Source of the DNA: Eledone cirrhosa | Taxonomy: Eukaryota | Reading direction: 5' to 3' | DNA length: 64,000 nt | Assembly (NCBI GenBank): GCA_964016885.1 | Contig: OZ024742.1 | Span: 336,350,001 to 336,414,000 of the forward strand | Shown: piece after piece, positions 55,414 to 64,000 of the stretch | Position numbering within the stretch: position 1 is the first letter of the stretch | How the letters are laid out: every line of letters starts with the position of its first letter | Position numbers and translations under genes: made by a program | Notes under the pieces: model-generated | Seen by the model: the letters and a program-made list of their open reading frames with translations, nothing else | The model's database searches: none | What the model was told of the DNA's origin: nothing

Positions 55414-55786
55414 CACCACACACACACACCACACACACACACCACACACACTACACCACACACACACCACACACCACACACACCCCACACACACACCACA
55501 CACACACACATCACACACACACACCACACACCACACACACACCACACACACACACCACACACCACACACCACACACCACACACACACACACACCACACAC
55601 ACACACCACACATACACACACACCACACACCACACACCACACACCACACACACCACACACACACACACCACACACACACACCACACACCACACACACACA
55701 CATACACACACACACACACCACACACCACACACACACACACACCACACACACACACACACACCACACGCACACACACCACACACCA

Positions 55787-55817
<31 letters not shown>

Positions 55818-55899
55818 TACACCACACACCACACACACCACACACACACACCACACACACACACATACACACACACACACCACACACACACACACCACA

Positions 55900-55949
<50 letters not shown>

Positions 55950-55950
55950 G
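55305..55950. repeat. Interrupted (CA)n/CACCA microsatellite ending in (CG)n
   Basis: Read directly from the sequence. Confidence 0.95.
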
Positions 55951-56604
55951 TGACTGAGTAGTAAGAAAATTGGATTCGCAATCGCGAGGTTGGGAGTTCG
56001 ATATCCAGATCTGGTGATGCGTTATGTCCTTGAGCAAGACACTTTATTTCACGTTGTCCCTTCTATCTGGATTTGCGACCAGTAGATTGTATTAACAATT
56101 AAAAAGACCAATGGAAATAATGTTTCCTCGGTCCGATTAAGTGAGCTCCCCCCTACTTGTTAAGCGAATGGGATCTTGTCGATGGACTGTCGATATATAT
56201 ATAGGGAGTACCAGGGAAAAAAGTGCCCCAAGACGGGGGAAAATGAGGCAAATTGGAGAGATTTTACATAATGAAAGCTATACCCATTTTCACAAGAGAA
56301 GACATCTCTCACCCATCTCAAAGTGGGTGGGAGATCTCCCCATCAGACGGGGAGAGTTGACAGGTCTGATGGAGAGCGATTCGTACAGCTTTTATCCAAA
56401 ATAACGTTTTCTTTCCCGCTCTACAGTATCTAATATCGTTTGCTCCGTTATTGTGAAAGGAAATCTCATTATATCTAGCAATATCTTATACCAAGCTTCA
56501 CGTCACAAGACCACAACTTACGTCATATTAATGTACTAAATCTCGCCTTACATTATCATTCCAATTCTAGCAACTCATTATTTCATCATGTCTCAAAGTC
56601 TTGC

Positions 56605-57215
56605 GGATTGGCGGAATCGGTAGAGCGTTGGAGGCCATGCTTTGCAGCATAGAGTTACGGCCCTTTACGGTATGAGTTCAAATCCCGTCGAGGTTAACTT
56701 TGTCTTTCATCCTTACGGGGTCGATAAAATAAAGTACCAGTAATATACTGGGTAATTGCTGGCCTTGTGCCAAAAGTAGAAATAATTATATATTGCATCT
56801 AGGGTAGTGGATTGGCAGTATCGGTTGAGCGTCATACAAATATTTAGGATTTGTTACGTCCCCCCTTTACGATCTGAGTTCAAATCCCACCGAGGTTAAC
56901 TTTGCCTTTCCTCCTTACAGGGTCGATAAAATAAAGCACCACTAATGCACTGGGGTTGATTTAATCAGCTTTCCCGTCCCTCAAAATTGTGGGCTTTGTG
57001 TTTAAATCAGAAACTATTATTATTATTATTAATGAAAGATTGGTAAAAATGTTAAGGATTCGAACAGACTTGAATTTCTTCCGGCTCGTTACGTTCAGTG
57101 TTTAAATCACGCCCAGGTCAACTTTGCCTTTCCAGGAGTCGATAAAAAAAGCACCAGTTACGTACCGTGGCTATATTAACCGACATACTCCTCACCTCAA
57201 ACTTCTGGCCTTATG
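56605..57215 (+). mobile_element. Three tandem family-B SINEs
   Basis: Copies at about 56605-56790, 56800-57025 and 57040-57215. Further copies at about 1290-1640, 14265-14430, 24283-24465, 25268-25452, 44910-45090, 45425-45615, 48635-48820, 49235-49410, 52740-53060, 54350-54540, 54743-54850, 59700-59905. Confidence 0.78.
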
Positions 57216-57793
57216 CATATGTTTGCACTTTAAAAAAAAACAAAAAAAAACAACACTCCGTCGGTTACGACAACGGGTGTTCCAATTGATCCAATCAAAG
57301 GTAGGCGAAAGTCTGCTCGTGAAATTAACGTGCAAGTTGCTGAGCATTCCACAAAAAATGCATACTGATAACGTAGTTCTCAGGGAGATTCAGTGTGTGC
57401 CACAATGTGACACTGTTGGCCCTTCAAATTACATAAAAAACTCATTTTTGCCAGATGAGTGAACTGGAGCAGCCTGAAATAAAGTGCCTTATCCAAGGTC
57501 ATAACACACCACGATCCTTACGATCTTGAGACGAATGTCCTACCCACAAAGCCACGCATCTTCACGCGTACGTTAGCAACCATTATATATTAAATGCGGC
57601 CATACTTTATTCTACAAAAGAACATATCGATTTCCTATATTGGTTCTAGGTCACAAATATATGGAGAGGAACTGGTATGATTGATTTAAAGCTATGTCCG
57701 TGTATTATTGGTATATATCTTATCGGCGCCGGAATGATAAAAGGCGAAATCGACTCTGGATGGATTTGCAGTAAGAAAACAAATGAATGTAAC

Positions 57794-57880
<87 letters not shown>

Positions 57881-58050
57881 GTGTGCATGTGTGTCTGTGT
57901 GTGTATATTTATATATGTAGACATACATATAAGCGTGAAATACGCTTACTTGCAGTCCTTCATTTGTTTTAGTTGTGCTTTCTTCGATATATATATATAT
58001 ATAAACAAAAACAGCTTCCTTACGCCGAGTTTGTCCAATTACCTACGAAT

Positions 58051-58132
<82 letters not shown>

Positions 58133-58134
58133 AA

Positions 58135-58423
58135 AAAACTCCCTTCGGTCAGAAATGATCATGGGATTTGCACCTGGAAATTTCCCCTCTGAGGCACAAG
58201 TCTGGGCAAGGTTGTTTGTAGAAGACCAGCAGTCGCCATGCATACCAATCTCCCCTCTCCACGCCACCGATGTTATCCAAGAGAAAAGCAATGGGCGATA
58301 CAACTTTGCACCAATGACGTCACAACTCATTTCTACAGCTGAGTAAACTGTAGCAACGTAAAATAAGATTTTTTTTTCAAGGACACATTGCATCACCAAT
58401 GCTGTAACCACTAAGCCAAGCGC

Positions 58424-58425
<2 letters not shown>
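58135..58425 (-). mobile_element. CORE-like SINE, alternative tail
   Basis: Head GAAGCGCTTGGCTTAGTGGTTA and TGTGTCCTTG core. Tail related to 640-738. Confidence 0.65.
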
Positions 58426-58486
<61 letters not shown>

Positions 58487-58584
58487 TTATGTGAAGCGTG
58501 AGACTCCTAGTCTTCATTAAGAAATCTCTCTAGGAGACGGTCACTCTGATGTAAGATCTGCCACTTCATTTGCATCCAATGATG

Positions 58585-58786
58585 TACACCAGTTCAGAGA
58601 GTGGGACTGGCCCCGTGCAAAGCCTTTCATCACTTAAAAAAGCTTCAAGCACAGGCATCGCTTAATTTGTGAAATTTTTTGCGATGCCTGGTATTGCTGG
58701 CCATAGCAGGTCTAAAAAGCCACGTCCTTGATGTTCATGCTTAAGTATCAAGCTATGGCATTACTCGAAATCGAGTTGCAGCTATC
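58585..58786 (+). mobile_element. 3' fragment of the same RTE-derived family
   Basis: GAGAGTGGGACTGGC...CACTTAAAAA...GCACAGGCAT...TACTCGAAATCGAGTTGCAGC matches the 3' ends of the other copies. Confidence 0.55.
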
Positions 58787-58883
58787 ATATATATATATAT
58801 TAAACCAAGAGAGTGTAAACACAGAAAAAATCCTAAAAAATAATAAATACATTCAAAATAAATTCACTGTACTTACTATATGT

Positions 58884-58964
58884 GCCCTTACCGCGGTTTC
58901 AGATCCCAAACGAATAGATAATCCAAGCAGATTTTCATTGAGAAAGAGATCATCGTCAGAAGGC
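58884..58964 (-). ncRNA. Type I hammerhead ribozyme (canonical core, extended stem II)
   Basis: GCCUU-CUGACGA-uGAUCUC...GGGAUCu-GAAA-CCGCGG-UA-AGGGC. Downstream tail ends at (TA)n ~58790. Confidence 0.78.
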
Positions 58965-59194
58965 TTTTCTATAAAATTCCCGACTTAAAATTACAAACTG
59001 GCGCCATTCCAAACTGACTTAGAATGAGAGAAAATGAATGATGAAGTAGTTTTGTCATGGTACCGTGTGCAAAGGCAAAAGCAAGGTGGACAGGTCAATC
59101 CTGTACTGCTAAAAATAGCAGCCATTCAAAGGAAAAAGCAGGTAGAATGAAGTGGGCAGAAGGAGAAATTTATTGTGTGGTTCAATAGTAGAGT

Positions 59195-59695
59195 ATATAC
59201 AACAAATTTAATATAGGAATTAGGGCAGTTAGGGTATTCGTGACACCCCTTACCTATGGTCCTCTATCTTGGGCAATGACCGAAGAAATACGATCGCGAA
59301 TACAAGCGACCGAAATGGGATCTCTCCAACTAAATGACCTTTGGAGCAACGTTAGTCGATAGAGTTCGTAGCTCGGAGATCAGAGAGTCGCTGCATGTTG
59401 AGCCGTTACTTCTCCAAATTGAAAGATAAAAACTCAAATATTACGGGCATGTGATTGAAATGTCTCAGGAAAGAATCACTGGACAGATTTACTGGCAAAT
59501 CCAGCCGGCCGGAAATTCAGTGGTAGAGCCCAAACAAGATAATTGGATAACATCCATGAGCTCGGCTGGTCTCACTTTGGGATCCAACCAGATCAACTCG
59601 ACACGGTTGCATCTGACCGGATCCGCTGGATGGATTGTTTAAGGACCTATCGCCCCCTACTCTCCCAAGAATAAATGGGCGAAGGAGAAGAAGAT
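59195..59695 (+). mobile_element. RTE-clade (Rex3/Expander-like) LINE 3' fragment, degenerate
   Basis: Manual translation gives LTYGPLSWAMTEEIRSRIQATEMGSL and LDNIHELGWSHFGIQPDQLDTVASDRIRW, resembling the Rex3 C-terminus. GAA-rich tail. Confidence 0.7.
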
Positions 59696-59938
59696 TATTA
59701 GGGCGGGGTTTGACAGCATCAGTAGAGCGTCGGACAACATGCTTTGCAGTATATATTTACGTTCTGAGTTCAGATCTCGCTGAGGTAAGCTTTGCCTTTC
59801 ATCCTTACGGGGCCGATAAAATAAAGTACCAGTAACGCACTGGGAGAGATTTAATCAGCTTTCTCATCCCCAAAAATTGTTGGTCTTGTGCCTAAATCAG
59901 AAACAATTATTATTATTATTATTATTGTTATTGTTATT

Positions 59939-62900
59939 CCTTGAATCTCAGTCATTGATGTTGGTTAACTGGAAAGTCCGTTGGAATGAATATCAAGCCA
60001 CTACCTGCAGCCTCAGATATTCAGGACGTATCGGAGGGTTCTTGCTGTTCCAAGCAAGCATGCCTTTTGAAGCGTTCCAAAAAGCGTGAAGGGGCCGATT
60101 TTCTTTAACCATCCCTGGAAACCTTTGGAGATAGTCCCCAGTGCGCCTATGACAATCGGGATCACTTTGACCTCATGGCAGTTCCAAATCCTTTTCACCT
60201 CCCACTTTAGGTCCTGGTATCGGTTAATTTTCTCCCTCTCCTTCTCTTGCACTCTCGTGTCGAACGGGCAGGCCACATCCACAATCAGGCGCGATCTTTT
60301 TTCTTTGTCCACAACCACCAGGTCAGGTCTATTGTGTTCCAGTTTTTTGTCCGTCTGTATCCTAAAATCCCACAGCAGCTTCACCTGACTGTTCTCCATC
60401 ACCGCCTCTGGCCTATGCTCATACCATTTCTCAGAATGTGGTAGATTGTTTACTTTGCACAGGTGCCAGTGGATCACCCTGCCCATCACATCGTGTCTCC
60501 AGCCCTTATAGTGGGTCTGGGCTAGGTGTTTACACTCGGACACAATGTGAGCCACAGTCTCCTCTCTCTCTCCACAGATCCTGCACAGTGGGCTAGCCTC
60601 CTCCTTGTAGATATGGTGCTTCAACCACTTCGTTTTGAGGGCCTGCTCCTGCGCAGCCATTAGCATTCCTTCTGTAGCCTTTTTGAGGTCTCCTCTTCTC
60701 AACCAGTTCCATGTCTGTGGATCTCTAAATTCAGTTTTCTCAAAGAAGGTACTATGAAGGGATTTTCCCTTAAGGCTGCTCTTCCTCCTTGATGTTATTT
60801 CCTCCTTGGATATCCCCTGGCCTACTGTCCCCTCCTTCAGTACAGCTCTGAGCATTGGCTCCTTACTATAGGTCACGTATTTGTATAGGTTGTTTTTCTC
60901 CATCTGAACACAGTCCTCTATGCTGATAAGACCTCTTCCACCCTCAGATCTCCTTAGGTAGAGTCTATCGACATCACTCCTCTTGTGGAACATGTTGTAG
61001 ATAGTCAATATCTTCCTAGTCTTCCTATCCATTTCTTTTTGTTCAGCAACATTCCATCTCAGAATTCCCGCACTGTACCTAATAATAGACACAGCTCGGG
61101 AATTTACTGCGCTTATGGCATTTCTGCTGTTCAGATGTGACTTCAATACGCTCCTTACTCTCCGAATGTATTCAGTTCTTAACAATTCCTTCATTTTTTT
61201 GTTCTTTATGCCATCAGCCTCCAGAACGCCCAAATACTTGTATCCTTCCTCAGAGTCAATTTCCTTTATCATCTCACCTGTTGGTATCTGGATCCCGTTA
61301 CTTCTGCTCAACCTACCCCTCTTCATCACAATGACTCCACATTTACCAATACCAAACTGCATACATATATCACTGCTGAAAATACGGACAGTGTCAACAA
61401 GCACATCCAACTCCTTCTCACTTTTCCCGAAGAGCTTAAGATCGTCCATGAAGAGGAGGTGATTGATGGTAAGCTCTCCCCTTCCCAACTTGTATCCTGC
61501 TCTCACTTTTCGCAGCATAATGGTCAAGGGCATCAGGGCAAGGACAAACAACAGAGGGGACAGGCTATCTCCCTGGAAGATACCTCTCTTGATCTTCACG
61601 CTTCCCAAGGATACTCCAGTTGATGTCAACTCTGTCTCCCAGGACCCCATACTCCTGTCCAGCAACTGTCTGATGTTATCTGCCACCCTGAAGATCTCCA
61701 GGCTTTTGGTGATCCAGGAATGAGGCACCATGTCAAATGCCTTTCTGTAGTCTATCCATCCCATGGAAAGATCAGTGTGTCTCCTCCTGCAATTCCCCAT
61801 TACCATCTTATCAATAAGCAACTGGTCCTTTGTACCACGTGACTTCTTTCGGCATCCTTTCTGTTCGTCCGGTAACAAGTTGTTTGTGTGGAGGTGATGG
61901 TAGATTTCCTCAGACACAATGCTCGTCAACAGTTTCCACATTACGGGCAGACATGTGATAGGTCTATAGTTGGTAACATCATTACCCTTGATTCGGTCTT
62001 TCATTATCAGAACTGTGGTACCTTTTGTCAACCACTCTGGCACCTCACCCGACACCAAGCAGTCATTGAACATGGCCGTCAGCTTCGGGTGGAGGGATGT
62101 TAAATGTTTAATCCAATACCCCTGCACACCATCTGGGCCTGGTGATTTCCAGTTGGTTAGTTTTTTGGCTTGCCCCTTAAGAGTTTCAACTGTGATACTC
62201 AAATCAGTCTGTTGTTGTGCCTGCTCACCGATCTCCCTCTGTACTGTCTCAATCCACCCTGCCTGGGCATTGTGTCTAACATCCTGCTCCCATATTCCTC
62301 TCCAGAATGTTTTAGCTTGTTCCGCCCCAGGGATCAAGTCGTTGCCTCTTTCTTTCCCCTCAAGCTGTCCAAACAGCATCTTCTGGTTGTTGTCGAACAT
62401 GCGGTTCTGTTTATACTGACTGACTCTGTTCTCGTATCGCCTGATTTTGGCACTCTTTGCTACAATGCGTTGCTTCAATTCCTCTATGATAATATTTAGC
62501 TTTTTACTCCTAGTTTTGTATTTTATTTCCAGTCTATTTTTAGTGCCTATGTTTTTTAGTGTCCCATTCAGTAGTGACTCAAGCTTTCCTATGTCATTTC
62601 TCATTTCCCCGATTTGCCCACTCAGTCGCTTCTTCCACCACGGCTCTGCTCTTTCTTGTCTGTTGTTTCCTCTCGCTTTTATACCAAGTAGTTTCCTCAC
62701 CGTATTTGCTGTTGCTTTGAGGATATTGTTGCACTGGTGAAGACTCCTCGCCTCAAGGTATGGGATGACTTTGTTTACCTTAGCTGTTGTTTCTTTTAAC
62801 TTTTTCCTGTCTACAAATCTTAGGTTCATAGGTCTCCCACTATCATTGTTCAACTCATCTACCACTAAATTTAGGATGTCAACCGAATCTTGTCCTAGCC

Positions 62901-63688
62901 CGTCAGCATTCATCTCCTCAGTGGCCGTATCTCTGTTCCAGGTATTATTTATCTCAGTATTCAGATCATTGTCTGCTTCGGGTGGTTCCTCCGTTCTCAG
63001 GACCTCCTCACCTTCATTTCCCGCCGGCTCGCTTGTCTGGCATACTACACCCGCCATCTCCAAGCCATTCTCTCTGCTCAGTTCCTCCAGTTCCAGCTCG
63101 CTTATCCACCCATTAGTTCTTATTACCCGAGCCTGCCCGGCCAATTTTTGTTCATCTAATTTAAATAAACCAATCTCGTTCCAGATGTTATGCATCCGTC
63201 TCCTGTAGCCCCTCTCCTTGTTGTTACTTTTCAGGTAGCATTGCATAACAGTTCTATTCAATTCTTTCGTCCAGTTGGTTCTGGCCCCTTTCCTTCTTCT
63301 TCTTCCTCCAACATCAGCAGTATTTGGTTGACAGTCAGGTTCCTGCTGCTGAGCCAGGGGGCACCTGTTGGGTGAGAGTCTGTCACATGACGTTCTAGTC
63401 TCCATTTCACCGTTATTCGAACTGTTTATGTTCGATATTTAAACACTCTTATCGAGGATTGGCGAATGTATGTTTACATAGCCATCTGTGGATCCGCCAT
63501 CCCACTTGGCCCTTGTGTGGCATTATCACCACGCTGTATACGAACACACATAAACAAACAAACACACGGGCAGAAAGGGCCCCAAAAATGAATAAGCATA
63601 AGTTTCATTGTAATGTAGTATTCGAATGTCTGACTTAGTTTTTGTTTTTTAAGTTTTACTTTTTCCCCCCTCTTCTCTGTCCGTCCGC
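59939..63688 (-). mobile_element. R4/Dong-like non-LTR retrotransposon (single ORF, RT + restriction-like endonuclease), apparently full length
   Basis: 1130-aa ORF with a short 3'UTR. Both ends abut (TAA)n/(ATT)n tracts, the known Dong target. Confidence 0.88.
60013..63405 (-). CDS. RT-RLE polyprotein of the R4/Dong-like element (uninterrupted)
   Basis: KSPGPDG, NYRPITCL, DYRKAFDMVPH, GIFQGDSLSP, LFMDDLK, YKYLG. CCHC motif CRICGEREETVAHIVSEC. RLE motifs RHD, RPDLVVVD..IVDVACPFD, K..RY. Confidence 0.95.
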   Translation of the reverse strand: METRTSCDRLSPNRCPLAQQQEPDCQPNTADVGGRRRRKGARTNWTKELNRTVMQCYLKSNNKERGYRRRMHNIWNEIGLFKLDEQKLAGQARVIRTNGWISELELEELSRENGLEMAGVVCQTSEPAGNEGEEVLRTEEPPEADNDLNTEINNTWNRDTATEEMNADGLGQDSVDILNLVVDELNNDSGRPMNLRFVDRKKLKETTAKVNKVIPYLEARSLHQCNNILKATANTVRKLLGIKARGNNRQERAEPWWKKRLSGQIGEMRNDIGKLESLLNGTLKNIGTKNRLEIKYKTRSKKLNIIIEELKQRIVAKSAKIRRYENRVSQYKQNRMFDNNQKMLFGQLEGKERGNDLIPGAEQAKTFWRGIWEQDVRHNAQAGWIETVQREIGEQAQQQTDLSITVETLKGQAKKLTNWKSPGPDGVQGYWIKHLTSLHPKLTAMFNDCLVSGEVPEWLTKGTTVLIMKDRIKGNDVTNYRPITCLPVMWKLLTSIVSEEIYHHLHTNNLLPDEQKGCRKKSRGTKDQLLIDKMVMGNCRRRHTDLSMGWIDYRKAFDMVPHSWITKSLEIFRVADNIRQLLDRSMGSWETELTSTGVSLGSVKIKRGIFQGDSLSPLLFVLALMPLTIMLRKVRAGYKLGRGELTINHLLFMDDLKLFGKSEKELDVLVDTVRIFSSDICMQFGIGKCGVIVMKRGRLSRSNGIQIPTGEMIKEIDSEEGYKYLGVLEADGIKNKKMKELLRTEYIRRVRSVLKSHLNSRNAISAVNSRAVSIIRYSAGILRWNVAEQKEMDRKTRKILTIYNMFHKRSDVDRLYLRRSEGGRGLISIEDCVQMEKNNLYKYVTYSKEPMLRAVLKEGTVGQGISKEEITSRRKSSLKGKSLHSTFFEKTEFRDPQTWNWLRRGDLKKATEGMLMAAQEQALKTKWLKHHIYKEEASPLCRICGEREETVAHIVSECKHLAQTHYKGWRHDVMGRVIHWHLCKVNNLPHSEKWYEHRPEAVMENSQVKLLWDFRIQTDKKLEHNRPDLVVVDKEKRSRLIVDVACPFDTRVQEKEREKINRYQDLKWEVKRIWNCHEVKVIPIVIGALGTISKGFQGWLKKIGPFTLFGTLQKACLLGTARTLRYVLNI

Positions 63689-63751
63689 TTGTTATTATTA
63701 TTATTATCATTATTATTGTTATTATTATTATTATTATTATTGTTGTTATTA

Positions 63752-64000
63752 CTCTTTGAGTCTCAGTCATTGATGTTAGTTAACTGGAAAGTTTGTTGGA
63801 ATGAATATCAAGCCATTACCTGCAGCCTCAGATATTCAGGACGTATCGGAGGGTTCTTGCTGTTCCCAGCAAGCATGCCTTTTGAAGCGTTCCAAAAAGC
63901 GTGGCGGGGCCAATTTTCTTTAACCATCCCTGGAAACTTTTTGAGATAGTCCCTAGTGCGCCTATGACAATCGGGATCACTTTGACTTCATGGCAGTTCC
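63752..64000 (-). mobile_element. 3' end of a second Dong-like copy, head-to-tail with the first
   Basis: Closely matches 59939-60185 and is separated from copy 1 only by an (ATT)n-rich tract. Confidence 0.9.

Noticed and set aside
56200-56370. GGGAGAGTTGACAGGTCTG resembling a DNA-transposon terminus
   Set aside because: No matching opposite TIR or TSD was found.

Overview
AT-rich, microsatellite-saturated eukaryotic (animal) genomic DNA. The SINE and microsatellite make-up resembles an octopus/cephalopod genome, which is an inference. There is no recognisable complete host gene, only two or three candidate exons. The long low-complexity ORFs ([12 protein letters not shown]) are microsatellite translations. 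Real coding content is retrotransposon: a full-length Tx1/L1-clade LINE in an (ATT)n tract (26.7-32.6 kb), a 5'-truncated diverged Tx1 in a (CTAT)n tract (35.5-37.6 kb), an apparently intact R4/Dong-like RT+RLE element in (TAA)n with a second copy in tandem (59.9-64 kb), RTE and Hero-like fragments, many tRNA-derived SINEs, and bipartite RTE-derived non-autonomous elements in (TACA)n. The most striking signal is more than 20 minimal type-I hammerhead ribozyme motifs (CUGANGA...GAAA, palindromic stem III, UH), about half with intact cores and the rest variant or decayed. They belong to several unrelated short non-coding families, almost all docked at (TA)n tracts and mostly arranged as inverted fold-back pairs, with about 10 packed into 43.4-46.5 kb. 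They resemble non-autonomous Penelope-like pLTR or retrozyme derivatives and come with local inverted or templated copies of neighbouring DNA. All alignments and folds were made by eye, and nothing was searched or computed.
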